Shown here one piece after another: positions 39,199-52,700 of a stretch of DNA of 64,000 nucleotides (position 1 is the stretch's first letter; every line of letters begins with the position of its first letter). The notes under the pieces were generated by a model, which saw nothing but the letters and a program-made list of their open reading frames with translations, was not told where the DNA came from and did not search any database. Source of the stretch: an uncultured virus (IMG/VR IMGVR_UViG_3300025413_000018) (taxonomy: Duplodnaviria; Heunggongvirae; Uroviricota; Caudoviricetes); the IMG/VR virus record IMGVR_UViG_3300025413_000018; one strand, given 5' to 3'. The translations under genes were made by a program, and so were the position numbers.

Positions 39199-39669
39199 AT
39201 GAGCACTCCTGTAACTGTTAACATCTCTAATCAAGTATATGCGTATATGCCAAACACGGCATTTTCCGCTGTCTACTCTACAACACCGGCAAATGTAACT
39301 TGCTCGGTAACCTACACTGATGCCCTAGGGAACGTAACGACATCAGCTCCTTCTGCCATAGGTAACTACACTGTTACGGTTACTCCGACTCAATCTGGGT
39401 ACACGGGATCTGCCGCAACCGCTATAATGACAATTAGCATTGTTACCATTTTAGCTAAAAAGCGACCCATAGCCCATGTAGCTGATTCGGAAACCATGAT
39501 TCTTAGACACTATCGGGCGATCCTTGAGACAGTTCAGTATATTCTCTCTGATGGAAAAGCCGGAACGCTCGACAGTCCTAAGCAACTTTTGGCGGCTCAA
39601 GTTAGCCAAAACTACTTTAAGCAGAACATGAACTCACCTCATAACAAACGAGTTGTCAGTTTCCGATAA
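39199..39669 (+). CDS. MBG/Ig-like domain followed by an adaptor-like C-terminal segment
   Basis: VTY...APSAIGNYTVTVT...YTGSA MBG-like pattern; in frame with the upstream ORF. Confidence 0.55.
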   Translation: MSTPVTVNISNQVYAYMPNTAFSAVYSTTPANVTCSVTYTDALGNVTTSAPSAIGNYTVTVTPTQSGYTGSAATAIMTISIVTILAKKRPIAHVADSETMILRHYRAILETVQYILSDGKAGTLDSPKQLLAAQVSQNYFKQNMNSPHNKRVVSFR

Positions 39670-39697
39670 CTGGTGTAATAACCTTGCAACCTTTTTC

Positions 39698-40168
39698 ATG
39701 GAAGCCCCTGTACCTACACCAGAACCCGCCCTAGAGTCAGAGTACCTGATTGACCAGTTGGAGGCAGGCTTGGCTTCTAATCAGGAAAATCTTGTCGATC
39801 TTCCTCTGAAGCATCTCTTTACGCCGGGGCTTTACCTGCGTCAAATCTTCATGCCAGCCGGTTCCGTTGTGGTTTCACGACGCCACCTTACCGAACATCC
39901 CTTCATTGTCTTAGAAGGGGTAGCGGAAGTCTTTGACGAAAAAGGTGAGTTTATCCAGACCCTAGAAGCTCCTTTTGTCGGAGTTACAAAGCCAGGTACC
40001 CGCAGGGTTCTCAACATCATCAAGGACTCTGTATGGCTCACGGCTCACGTTACAGACCTCACGGATCCTAATGAGATCGTTGCGACCATTACGGAGCACA
40101 ACAACAAGCTCATGCCTGAAGGGTTCGTGGATCAGGCTTTCGAGAACACAAAGGAGTTGCCGCTATGA
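39698..40168 (+). CDS. Cupin-fold phage protein
   Basis: HLFTPGLYLRQIFMPAG...H.TEH...PGTRR...W.T.H; ATG 39698 follows GTAATAACC. Confidence 0.7.
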   Translation: MEAPVPTPEPALESEYLIDQLEAGLASNQENLVDLPLKHLFTPGLYLRQIFMPAGSVVVSRRHLTEHPFIVLEGVAEVFDEKGEFIQTLEAPFVGVTKPGTRRVLNIIKDSVWLTAHVTDLTDPNEIVATITEHNNKLMPEGFVDQAFENTKELPL

Positions 40169-41490
40169 CAATGGCCGCTATTGGAGCTTCGGTTGCCGTC
40201 GGTGCCCTAGGGGCTGGGGCTAACTATTTGATCGGACAGTCAAATAAACCTAGTGCATACAACCCAGGAGCAAACAATTTCCTAGCACAGCAACAACAAC
40301 AGGCACTATCCGATCTTGCGGCTAAGTATCAAGGTCAGGTTGCCGGGTATGGTCAGAACTTCCTCACCGCAGAACAGGGACTGGCTAACACATACGGAAC
40401 TCAAGGTGCAGGAGCTTCTACGAACTACCTGACCAACACAGGCAATTACCTTAGCAACTACGGCAACGACATCTCGAACCTTGCGATGGGGGCTCCACAG
40501 AATGAGCTAAACGCCGCGCAATCAGGGTTGGGCTTTAACGTAAACAACCTAGGGCTCTACGGGGGCATTGCCAATAACCTCTCTAACCAAGCCCAGAACT
40601 CTCAGATTGGCCTGGTAAATAATGCGTTACCCTCGTGGCAACAGCAGTATTCACAAGGAATGGAGAATGCAGGCCAGATGCAACAGGGTCTCATTGCCTC
40701 AGATGTTCAGGGCAACGTGGGTCGCACCGCCGGATTCAACGCTCTTCAGTCAGGTGTAGGTGGGGGGAGCGGATTGGGTCGCAACCTTACCGCTCGTGAT
40801 CTGGGGCTGACCTCGATGCAACTGCAACAGCAGGGAACGGCGCAAGCCCAGTCCCTAGGACAGCAACAGTATGGAATGGAGGTGGCGGGACTGCTTACCA
40901 ACCCAAATGCCATCTACAACAACTCTGGCGTAAATTCTGGTCAGGCCATGAACGCAGGTGCCCTAGGGACGAATATCGCCGCTACTGGGCTACAGACCGG
41001 ACTTCAAGGAGGTCTCTCTACTCAAGGAACAAACTTCGGAGGTTTGATGAACCTCTATGGGAACGTCTTCAACACCGGAGTCGGTGCAAACCAAAGCGTG
41101 ATGAACGCAGAAGCGGCGGCGGCGGCACAGGCGGCGGCACTACAGGCTCAAGGAATCACTGGAAACTACGGAACCCAGATGAACGGCAACCTGATGCAGT
41201 ACCAGTCCAACAACGCACTTTCTGCGTATAACACGCAGATGCAACAGGGGCTTGTCAACGGCTTGACCTCGGCACTAGGAAGCGGGATCGGGGCGTACAA
41301 CTTCAACAACGCCCTTTCCAACCTAGGAGGAGGAAATCCATACGCCAACACTTTCAACGGAGGGCCACAACCTATGTCCAGCGGATTCTACCCCACTCAA
41401 CAGGCCGCGCTAACTGCGGCTACAGGAGACAATGGGCTAGTAGGAAACGTAAGCCAATACGGCACAGGGCAGTGGTATATCGGAGGATAA
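40165..41490 (+). CDS. Putative ejection/internal virion protein
   Basis: Gly/Ala/Gln/Asn-rich with a hydrophobic N-terminus; first of three large genes at the end of the virion module. Confidence 0.6.
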   Translation: MTMAAIGASVAVGALGAGANYLIGQSNKPSAYNPGANNFLAQQQQQALSDLAAKYQGQVAGYGQNFLTAEQGLANTYGTQGAGASTNYLTNTGNYLSNYGNDISNLAMGAPQNELNAAQSGLGFNVNNLGLYGGIANNLSNQAQNSQIGLVNNALPSWQQQYSQGMENAGQMQQGLIASDVQGNVGRTAGFNALQSGVGGGSGLGRNLTARDLGLTSMQLQQQGTAQAQSLGQQQYGMEVAGLLTNPNAIYNNSGVNSGQAMNAGALGTNIAATGLQTGLQGGLSTQGTNFGGLMNLYGNVFNTGVGANQSVMNAEAAAAAQAAALQAQGITGNYGTQMNGNLMQYQSNNALSAYNTQMQQGLVNGLTSALGSGIGAYNFNNALSNLGGGNPYANTFNGGPQPMSSGFYPTQQAALTAATGDNGLVGNVSQYGTGQWYIGG

Positions 41491-41491
41491 T

Positions 41492-43729
41492 ATGGCTGAA
41501 GGATATATTGCACCAATAGTACCGAATGACATTCAGACTCCAGGTTGGAACTGGAACCCGTCCACTGCGTATCTGAATGCGATTCAGCAGGGAGAAGACG
41601 AAGCGGCTAAAACTGCAACCGCCGCCCGTCAGTACCAGCTTCTTCCGATCCAGTTAGCCTACGAGCAAGCCAGAGCAAAGTATTACGATGCGAGGGCAGA
41701 TAAGTACGAGAAGGATATAAATACCGAGTCTCCAATCTTGGATCTAAAAGGAGCCGCAGGTTCGTCCAATGCTATAGACGAAATATCCCCTGATCTTTTG
41801 AAGCAAATGAACTTCAAATCGGCTGATGATATGGGAGCCGGAGACACAGGAACTACTGCGTCAAATGATTCAAAAACACCCGGCACAACTCCAACTGATT
41901 CAGAAATGGATTCAGCGGCGGATAAAAGCAAAAATCCAGCCCCTCCGAGTGGATCAGGCTACGGATCTCTAACTACAGATGATTTGATCCATCTTGGTAT
42001 CGACCCTAATACTCCCCTAGGAGCAATCATAACCGCTCCAGGTGCACCTTCTACAGGAGATGCGCTTGCCACTATCGCGCAAGGACTTCCAATCACTCCT
42101 GAGAACCTAGGCGCAAATTCTCCGGCTAGACTAGCAGATCAGACCACGAGTTCTTCGGGGGATATGCCTACTGCCGCATCTGATGTAGGGATTTCACCTG
42201 TTCAATCTGCACAGCTTGCCGCCGCAAATGCAGTACCCGATAGGCTTCAGGCCAATAACCCTTTGGCAGATTTTGCTCACGGAACTGATCAAACTCCAAA
42301 AACCCTAGGACTTGGAGGCGAACAAATTCTATCAGGAAGCAAAGGGGTTCTAAACATCGCTGACGCATTGAAGAGCGACGCAAGCACTACTCCAAAAAAC
42401 GATGGTTCGATTGGCAACAAGATTTCTGCGTATGACACCGCTATGAATCAACTGGCTCTAAGAGCCACGATGGCAAAGCAGGATAGTTTGAGGTACGGAG
42501 CACTCGCCAGAGCTACCAGCTCCAAGGATCCTAATCGCATACCACTACTTCAAAAGGCATTCAATGCCTCTGCGGAATCCGATAAGTATGCAAATACGGG
42601 TCAAATCCTAGCATTGCACATGACGCAGGAAACCGGACTTGCCCCCCAAAACATCGAATATCTTCGCACGTTAAAAGATCCCAACAAGATCAATGCGATT
42701 CACTCGTATGTTCAGAACGGAAAAGCTCCTGACTACGCATCAGCCGCACAGCTATTTACCGCCGAAAGAAATGCCGCAAGTAAACAGGTAGACCCAGCGG
42801 CACAGCAGGCTCTTCTTACAAAAATGCTCGGAGACCTTAAAAACGTCACCGATGTAAAAAACTCAGGTAACGTCACCGGAGACAACTATGTCAAACTTCA
42901 GGCGCAAGAAAATGCGTTGACCGACCAAATCAACAAATTGACTGGAGTTCAGCCAGCGCAGTCTTCGCAGTATGTTGATCCGCTAGACAAGTTCAACGGA
43001 ATCAATACAAAACTCTCCGCGCTGAACGCTTCAGGCGTCAAAACCACGGATCTTGATTTAGGAGGAGGGACTAAGCTGACAGGAATTGCTACTGACCCAA
43101 ACAAGGCGTCAGCGATTATACGGCCTGAAATTATGAAGGCGGCGGCGAACAATAACGCCCTTTACGATATTCCTCACTTCAAGCTCGATACGAATACGCC
43201 AGAGGTTCAGAGGTTTATTCAGGATTACAATCAAGCTCCGGCAGGTAAGAACTACGTCATTACAGGGCTACCTGGAATGATTAGGAAAGATCCTTCAATC
43301 ACAGCCCAGCAGGTATTGGCTGACCATTTTGGTGTGTCTTCAACCCCAGCTAAAAAAGAATCCGAAAAATCTAGTTCTTCGACAACAGCGAATTCTGCAA
43401 ACCCACTCTTGGTGGATTACACCAAAGACCTATCCCCCGATAATCCTCTGAAGCAACCTACTCAAAACGCAAACGTAGAGGCGGCAAAACAAGAAGCTAG
43501 TGCTCAAAAAGCACAGATGGATTTTAAGACATCGCAGGCCAAACAAATGGCGATATCAAACGCTAAAGCTCAACTAGCACAAACCCAGCAAAAACTAGCA
43601 GAGATTCAAAACTACTCAAAGAGTAGCGACGCGGGTTTTGGCATATTCTCAAATACATTTGCTCATAACTATGAAGCGTTGAAAGCACAGGAAAAACAGC
43701 TCTCCGATTACCTAGCTTCCAATAAATAA
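41492..43729 (+). CDS. Putative ejection/internal virion protein
   Basis: 745 aa, helical/low complexity. Positional inference. Confidence 0.55.
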   Translation: MAEGYIAPIVPNDIQTPGWNWNPSTAYLNAIQQGEDEAAKTATAARQYQLLPIQLAYEQARAKYYDARADKYEKDINTESPILDLKGAAGSSNAIDEISPDLLKQMNFKSADDMGAGDTGTTASNDSKTPGTTPTDSEMDSAADKSKNPAPPSGSGYGSLTTDDLIHLGIDPNTPLGAIITAPGAPSTGDALATIAQGLPITPENLGANSPARLADQTTSSSGDMPTAASDVGISPVQSAQLAAANAVPDRLQANNPLADFAHGTDQTPKTLGLGGEQILSGSKGVLNIADALKSDASTTPKNDGSIGNKISAYDTAMNQLALRATMAKQDSLRYGALARATSSKDPNRIPLLQKAFNASAESDKYANTGQILALHMTQETGLAPQNIEYLRTLKDPNKINAIHSYVQNGKAPDYASAAQLFTAERNAASKQVDPAAQQALLTKMLGDLKNVTDVKNSGNVTGDNYVKLQAQENALTDQINKLTGVQPAQSSQYVDPLDKFNGINTKLSALNASGVKTTDLDLGGGTKLTGIATDPNKASAIIRPEIMKAAANNNALYDIPHFKLDTNTPEVQRFIQDYNQAPAGKNYVITGLPGMIRKDPSITAQQVLADHFGVSSTPAKKESEKSSSSTTANSANPLLVDYTKDLSPDNPLKQPTQNANVEAAKQEASAQKAQMDFKTSQAKQMAISNAKAQLAQTQQKLAEIQNYSKSSDAGFGIFSNTFAHNYEALKAQEKQLSDYLASNK

Positions 43730-43734
43730 TAGTT

Positions 43735-46700
43735 ATGTCAGACGATACAAATTCTTTACTACAGGATCCTAATTGGTTGCAGAGTATCGGTCAGGAAATA
43801 CCTGGTACTTCCGATGCGCCAGAGGATACCGCTCAATTATCTCTAGAGGAGAGGTTGGCAAGGACATCAGGAGGTATGCTCCCCCCTAAACCAACTTCGT
43901 TGGTCGGTGAGATCGGAAAAGGTATTGCCGCAGGAGCCCGTGATCTTTACGGAACAGCAGGAGGTTTGGTTGGACTGGCTGGAGATGCCCTAGGGAATCA
44001 GGACGTTAAAAATTTTGGATTGGGCATTTACCAAGATCAGCAGGAGGCCAATCAGCAGAACAATGCGCCGGCGGTATCGAGTATCGGAGAGGCAACAAAG
44101 AGCTTTGGAAACTTCGCTGACTACGCCGCCTACAATCTTTCAAAGGGACTCACGGAGATGGTTCCCATGCTTGCCGCCGGTGGAGTCGGTGGAGAAATCG
44201 CAGGTAGCCTAGCCGAAGGAGCCGTACAGAAGGCTGTCCAATACGGAGTTGAAAAGGGGCTTTCGCAAGAGGCCGCCGAGGCCGCAGTAGCCGCTTCTGT
44301 TCGTCAAGGCGGAGCAGAAAAAGCCGCTCAGAGTTTCAGCGAAGCCTTAGCCCCGACGATGGGTGAAGACGCCGCCTCTAAGTTCGGTGAAGAAGCGTTT
44401 AAGGCACAATCCGCCAAGAACACGGCATCTTTTCTAGGGGCACAGGCCGGAAATGCCGCCACGATTATTCCTCAGTCCGTTGGTGATGAGTATGGGCAGA
44501 CCAAAGACGCCGAGACTGCCCTAGGATATGGCACGGCAAGCGGAGCATTGAATGCTGTCGCTATGGGTATTGTTGCCGCTCCTGCTTTCCGATCCATGCT
44601 CGGAATCGGAACGGAAGCCGCCGCAAAGTCATCGTTCCTGAAGAGTGCCGCAACCCGCATCGGTACTGATACCGCTCTCATGGTAGGTCTTGCCTACCCT
44701 AGCACCTACCTGAATCAGGAGGCACAGGCATCGGTAGATCCAAGTTTCGATATCAATAGCCCTGAAGCCCAGAAACAGCGCATGGAATCAGTAGCAGGCG
44801 GGGCTCTTCAAGGTGCCGCTTTTGGTGGACTAGGTTCCCTAGAGTTCCTGCATAATACTGCCCCCCTTACCGCAGACGCCCTTCAGAAGATAACTTTCAC
44901 ATCAAAGGGTGAACAACCTGCACTGACGCCAGAAAAACTACCGGACAACGCAACTCCTCACACGGTATCGCCGGAAGTTACCATCACGGATCCTCGTACC
45001 GGCGAAAGCATCAAGGCTCAGAAAAACAACACGGTCGGAAAATGGACGATCAATCATCCAGATGGATCGATGACCATTCTGAATACCGAAGACCCCAATA
45101 ACACCCATGCGGCTACCCTAGAGTTGCTGGCACAGGAGGAGTTGGACAAGCTCAACAACAAATCAGAAGAAGATAACAACGAGAGTTCTGAATCTGAAAA
45201 GCTTCCAGTTGCGACTACCTCTGAACTGCCGGCGGACACATCCGAGTTCTACCCTGCTTCCTTCCCAACCGCATCGGGTCAGGCATTTGCCGGTCAGCCA
45301 GCGGAAGAATCAACCGCGGAGCCGGTATCCTCTACGGAAACCCCAACTGAAAAGCAGAAGTTTGCAGAAGCAGGCCAAGTCCTAGGACAACTTGCGGCTA
45401 ACAAACAAGATACCAGGACGGAATTTCCTGTAGGAACAATCACTGAGTCAACCAGGGATCCAAACCTACTATCTTCAGCACTTCAAAAAGTAACAGGAAT
45501 CGACCTAGGGTCACAGGTATCGGAGAAAAAAGCACAAGCCGATGCGGCTGTTGCCGCTTCTAAAACACCAGAAAACTTCACCCAAAACCTTCAGGTGGGT
45601 GATCCCGTATCCTTCGATCACCCAGAGCTAGGTAAAGTCGATGCAGTGGTCACACAGGCCGAAACCCCAAGCGAGCACGGACTGCCCGAAGCAGATTCAA
45701 TAAAAGTTCAATATAATAACCCTGTAACCGGACGTAAAAAAACACAGGTTATTCCTCGCTCAAGCTGGAGTCGCATAGAGGCACCAAAGCCAGAGGTTCC
45801 GACAACGGATGAAATCGTAAATACCGCCCTAGGGGATAATCCAACACCTCAGAAACTCCAGCAGTCAGGGATGTCCAACATCCGTGTTGAGGGCGATCAG
45901 CAAAGCCCAACGGCAGTATCGGGAGATATTGTTCTTAAAGATGGATTGCTTCCGTTCAATGAGAACAAGAATCGAGAGAATGACCCGATCCATGCACTGC
46001 TTGATGAAGCCGGAAAGACGGGAGATTACTCCAAGGTGGTCGCAACCGGAGCCCTGCCTGCTCGTTACGAATCAAAATCAAAAAAAACCCACGGAATTTG
46101 GACGGGCGGTGAGCTTTCTTCTGCAGATCGGATTGCCCTACTTAACGCGGAAGATGGCGTTACAGACGGAGGAAGATCAGCTTCAAAGGCGCAAGAAATA
46201 AAGAACAGATTAGAAAAAGTAAAAGAAACCACGGTTCGGCAGATGAACCAAGGTCTACGGGTTCTTGCTCCGAAAGGATCGATTGCGCCTCCTGGATTTG
46301 AATTTACCAAGCTACCAAATGGCTTGATGCAAGTTACCGCTGTTCACGATTACCTTGGAACATCATGGAGAATGCGAGGAGCTTTGGATCCGGTAATGAC
46401 CAAAGCTAATGGTCATCCTACCTACTTTCCAGGAAAGCCAGACACGTTCAGCGTGGACGTTCCAGTTGGGATCAAAGGCAAATACAGCCAGAAGCGAGGG
46501 CCGGACATACTTACAACTAGGTTCAATACGCCAGGTCTTCGTGCAGAGCGGTCTGATATTGCCCGTGAAGGTCACATTACCCGCAGGGAGAATCAGGAAA
46601 ATTCTGAAAACTCGGAGATCCAAAAGAACCCTCTGAACCATACCGAGTCGCAACTGTTAAACACGGTGGCGGGTCGTGCCCTAGAGCATATCGATAACAG

Positions 46701-49700
46701 CACTTTCCGAGATTCAGTTAAGGAAGAAGCCAAGTCTGGGGTCGTGCCACGCCTTGCTCGTGATATCCGCAAGAGCGGAAGAAAAGCACCTGAACCTAAA
46801 AACGATACCCAGAAGTCTTTGACTTCAATGCTGTTCTCAAACATAGCGAGGATCGCACGAGCCAAGATTGAAGGTGCATCCGACAAGGCTGATGAGGCGG
46901 TTGTCCGTGCCGAACAACGAGGTGTAGGTCGTGCAGGTAAAAGCGAAAAAGGCGAAAAGGGAGTTCCGCTTATGCGGAAGGTCAATGGATCCGTGCAAGA
47001 AGACGATCTCGCAACCGCAAAGAACCTTTCTTCAGGTCTTCTAGAAAAAGGGATCAAGGTACAAGACTCAGACTACACAAGCGAAGGTCTAAGGAAAATT
47101 GAACAGCACTTTAAGGATACGCTAAACAAGGGTGCCGAAGAAACAGACTATACCACCAAGCAGTTGATGGGCATGGAAGCCCTCCTAGAGAAAATAAAAA
47201 ACAGAACTTTCAACAGGGATGACTTTAGATCTGCCGTAGAGCAAAAGCTGATAGACGCACCAAAGTCATATACTGTAGCCAGAGGAGATGTAGAATCTTC
47301 AATCGCAGGGAAAACAATACCAGGATCATCTGGAACACCTGGCGGTGGAACACTTTCCGGTAGCGACGCTTCAAAAATAGAAGAACGTATCCGTAATAAT
47401 GCAGGCCGTAAGTTGACCGATAAGGAATACTCGCAGGCAGTTCAGTCTACCCTAGAACAGGCCAAACAGCGTCAAATGAAACTGACCAAGGCCGACAAGA
47501 CTCATCTCACTTCGGTGATGGAATATCACAAGGTGGCGGCTCCTAGGTTGTCGGAAAACAATGTTTACGCCGCATCAAAACAGGCACTTCTCAAGGCTAA
47601 TGAGAAAACTAAAACTGCCGGCGCACGATCACGGACGTTCTTATCCATTGACGACCCAAACACAGGGTTGTCAGACCTTCACGATGAAGGGGATACCCGC
47701 ATCGAAGGCGATAATTTTTCAGAGCAAACTACCGACACACAGCCTAAGCCTGTAAGCGACGCAAATCAGGGAGACACAGTTCTAAAAAGTCTTTCTGATC
47801 TTCCAGATGGTGTGGGTAGCGACACTCATCCAGCATTCCAAGGTCTACCAAAAGCAAGTAGTGACTTTATCGATAAAGTCGGAATGGATGCACTAGAGCT
47901 TCACGAAGCCTTGATTGCGTCGAACAAAAAGTCAAATCTCACCAAGGCTCAACGCAACACTTGGAACAAAATTAAGAAAGAAATTTATGATAACGAAACC
48001 AACAGAAGAAACGGAGGAGCCAGAGGTTCCGATGTCCAAGTCGGCGAGGGTTCAACTCCTGTCTCTGGCGATGGCGAAAGCACATCCGACGGATTGGAAA
48101 GCCCTGCCAGATCAAGTGAAAATGAAGCTACAGCAGGGGGATCAGTCGGGTCTGGCGGATCTACTGAAGACACAGCCGGAAGCGTTTCAGCATCCGATGC
48201 TACAGCACCACGAGGATTCAGCTTGGGAGCATCTCCTGAGCAATCCAGAGCCCTCTCAGCCGCAGTAAAGAGCCGACTCGTTCAGTCGGCAGGGCGACTC
48301 TCCGATGCGGAGATCGCAAAGATGTCGCCTGAAGAGATCGACAAAGCGCATACCGCGCTAACCACGCAGGCCGACTCAAGCTCGGCCCATGCTAATGAGC
48401 GCATTGAAAGTGCCGCTCCTAGGGTGGAGGATGTGGTCAACAAAACCCTAGGAGAACTTGTAGCCGGTGCCAGGGAGGAAAGTATCAGGAGAACGCCTGC
48501 CGAAAGGGCACAGATCATCCGTAAAAACTACGCAGACCTGATTCGCTCTGGTGCTTTCCGTTCCCCTGCCGAATTCCTCACTAGGGTGGCTTCCGGTAAA
48601 CTAGAAGGAGTTCCTAGCGATCTCGCCCTTGTAGCTCGAACCATGTTGTCGGGAACCAAGGTTGACTGGAACAAAGTTGCCACGCAGATCGGTCGCTTCA
48701 CCGACAAGACCAGCCCCACAGGAGAAGCTCCTTGGAGCGGACTGGCGACAAAGCAGGGCAAAGGACACAACGTAGCCCTTAACCTGAACGCCCAAGCCGA
48801 TAGGGGAATCATCGGAACGTATATCCACGAACTCCTCCATACGGTAGAGCGAGACAAGATCACGGGTAAAACAAAGCTAAACCCAACCGAATCCAAGGCA
48901 CTTGATGAAATCAAGTCAGCCTACAAAGCTTTTTTGGATCGTGCGGGGATTGCCGGAACTCCCGCCGAGATCGAAGCCAAAGCCCGTGAAATGTCTCAGG
49001 GCAAAGGCGAGAACGATTACGGATATACTTTCCTGCGTAGCCCGGAAGAATTTGTCCGGGGAATCCAGGAGAGCCCGGATCTCCATGCCCTAGGGCAGTC
49101 CCTGGGATTGGATTACGGAGACGGCAAAGGCCCTCTGAAAGGTACCGCACGCAAGGTTTACGGAGCACTTACAGAGCTGGTCTCTGGGCGCAAAGCAGAT
49201 CAAAACTCCCCTCTGGTTCGTGCTTTCAGTTCTGCATTTGACCTGACGCATAGCAATCCTAGGGAGAACAAAGCATCTCCGTTGCACGCAGAGATGAAGG
49301 GCTACGAGCGTCGTGAATCATGGATCAGGGATCAGATCGAACAACGCAACCTACGCGGAACGACCAATGATAGGACGGCTCTGATCAAGGAGTGGAACTC
49401 CAAGGAAGGAATTAAAGACGTAGAGCCGGCCAAGGAGAATTCAAGTGGAGAAACATCTCCCAAGGAAACACCAACTCCGACGGACACAAAGAAGCCGGAT
49501 GAGGAGGAGCCGCCTGCGCCACCAGCCGGATCAGATAAGGGGCCTGAACCAGAGCCTCCTACTCCTGAACCCCCGAAGCCAAAACGAGGAAGGCCAAAGA
49601 AAGAAAGCACTCCGGTAGAGCGTAAGCAGGTGGCTGAAATAGCACCGGCACCTGAACCCCCTAGGGTGGAGCAGAAAACCGAAAAGCCGGCTGTCCAGGC

Positions 49701-52700
49701 AAAGAATGAGGAGGAGCCTGGAGAAACTTACTCGCAAGCAGATCTCCAACGACTTGCCGCTACTGCATCTTATGAGGAGTGGAAGAAAGCCGCTCAATCG
49801 GACGCTTCGGAGTGGGGTGGGGCTCCTACAAAAGAAGCGTACAGTGCAATGAAAAAGGTGGGGGCTCGTATGCTTGCCGGCAAGGAAACTCCTTTGGAGT
49901 CACCAGCTCGCGAGTCCCTAGGGGAATCGATGTTGCGCCTAGGGCGCGAGAAGGGTCAGGACATGTTCCGTCTCCCCCAAGAACTCTCAAAGAGTGATGA
50001 CCTGACGGAGGTTCTGAATTCCACGGGTAGCAAATTCTCTTCATTCGATGCCTATGGCATGAAGCTGATTTCTGAAACCCCGATCAAAGGAGATATGGTT
50101 CTTTTCCCTGCTACCGACGGAAAGAGAAACGATGGATACTCTGACGGAAAAGTAATCAAAGCCGAGAACGGCGTCCTTACGATTCGCCCAACAGACAAAA
50201 GCCCAGACTTTCAACTGCCAGAAACACAGGCGGTTGCCGCAAAGGGATCAGTTCGTCTGTACGATGATTCAGTACCTCACAGCGAAAAAGATAGCCTGAC
50301 AATCGATTCTTCCGACGGAGCCAACGGAACAATCCGTAAGGCTTCCAGCATTTATCAAGCGATCTACCAATGGGCTCACAACACCGGACAGAAGGTAGTT
50401 CCTGACACGACGACCTCATGGGCGGGTCATTTCCGTAGGAACGCACAACAGATCTCATCTGCAATACGAAACCAAGATGCAGAGCATTTCCGGCCTACCA
50501 TCGATCAGCGTAGCCGGATGTTCCCAAACCTCGACAAGGATGGATCCCTGCGTAAATGGGAGAGCCTAGATACCGCAGGAAAAGTCTCCGCTTTAATGCG
50601 TGCCGAGAAGAGTTATATTGAACAAGCCGCACCCGAACTTGTCTCACATAGCTATGACCCAGCCACAGGAAACTTTACCGACGAGAACGGAGCATCAGTA
50701 TCCATTCACGACATCCGAAGCAGAATTACTGAGGGACTTGCAGAGACGAAAAATGACGGGACTCCTGACCCTTTCCGAGTCGGAGAGGCAAGTCTTAGGA
50801 GATATCTGGGTGCGACGAGACCCGCGCTTGAAAACGCTGACGGACTCACAGCTTACAGCGCAGATAATAGCGGACATCTAGACAAAGCCCTTTATTCGGA
50901 GGAACGCCCTAGTGTCGTCAGGGACACATTAAGGAAGGTCGGTTCGATCATCCCAGAGGGGGCAAAGGAAACGCTATTTGGTAAAGACATCTCCTCCTAC
51001 AACGGAGTGAAAACTAGGTTGGCCGGACTCTTTACCGGCCCAGACAAGGGCGTAAACAAAAACGTATCGTTCAGTCACCAAGTGGCTCAGGGCATCAAGC
51101 TGAAGGCCGAGAACCACATCAAGTACGCAAATAGGTTGTGGTCTGAAGCCCTGAAGAACGATTACGGCAATAAGATATCCGAAGCGCAGTTGCTTGAAGC
51201 ACGAACCGCCCTAGGAAACTACGGGAATCCCCTGACCGACCTTGACGTAAAACGTGTCAACGAGGAGCAGGCAAAGAACGGGAGCGAGGCGGCAATCAAA
51301 CTCGCCAGGGAACTTACGCAAAAGAATCGTGAAACTTACCGGGACGAACAACAAAAAGCTCTGGATTCGCTACCCCCTAGGGCACGGGCGGCTATCGTTT
51401 CTTTCCGTGATGGCATTGACTCGTTGCAACAGGAGTTAATCCGGCAGGGCGTGGTCAGTGGTGATCTCAAGGCTACCCTAGAGGAGAATCATGGAATCTA
51501 TATTACCCGATCCTACGACCATCTGGATGCCGGTTTGACCCATGACGACATGGTCAAGAAGAACCCAGAGCTGGCACGCCGTATGGAGACCAGCACCCGT
51601 AACTTTTTGGCAAAGGAAAGGGCGCCGGAGATTCTTAACGAGAACCGCAAGGCCGGCGGAACAATGACAAAAGAGGAGGCACTTCAAGTTGCCAAGGATC
51701 AGGTTACAGAGGAAGAGGTTCACGATTCGTTGAACAGGCTTCTAAACCCTAGGGAGAATTCTTTGGATCGCCGGTTCACGATTGGACAGTTCCCTGGTCA
51801 AAAAGACCTGAGCACTTTCCTGAAACGCGGAAACCTAGAGGATGACCTCAAGCAGTACCTAGGGGAGCGAAAGGATCCTGCAACTATCGCCGCAGACACA
51901 ATGGGCAGGCAGGCCGCAGTTCTGGCAAATCATAAGTTCCTTTCAGACCTTCGGGAGTCCGGCCTCAAGGATGGTTCGCTATATGATCCGGCAGATCCAA
52001 AGAACAAAGGTAGGTCAATCCCTCACAAGTACGTTCCTATCGCTTCGATCAATAACGAATCATTGGCTCCGCTCAACGGCCTCTTTATCCAAAAAGAAAT
52101 CGGTGATGGACTGCTTCGGATGCTCCCTAGGATGGGCGCAAGCGACACGCCTTGGTTGCTCGATCTCTTCAAGAAAGTCACGGGTTACTCGATGGGCGCA
52201 AAGACCCAGTTCTCGCCGGCGGCGCAGGTTCGTCACAATGTATCCAACCTCCTAGGGTTGGTGACCACCGCCAACTGGCATGGTGGCCTAGTTCCAAAAA
52301 ACCTGAAGGAAGCGTATGGTAAGATCAATCCGTTCAGCTCCCTAGAGGACGCACGCAACAATCTTCCAGAGATCCAAAGGCTAACCGAGCTAGGTCTGCT
52401 CCACCAGTCAGAGGCAAACCGCCTGCTACATGAACTCATCGATGGTAATGAGAACGGAAAACAGACTCCCCTAGGGGACTTCCTACGCAAGATTGCCTCC
52501 CCGCTGAACAAGATCGGGGATACCGATATCCGTGGCGTGAAGCTAAAGCATCTCCCTGAAACCCTGTACGGAGTTTCGGATGCGGCTTACAAGGTTGCCA
52601 TCTTCTACGGCGAGCGTCAGAAATACGCAAACGCCCACCCAGAATGGACGCCGGAGCAGGTAGATCAGAAGGCGGCTCAGATCGCCCTAGATTGTCACTG

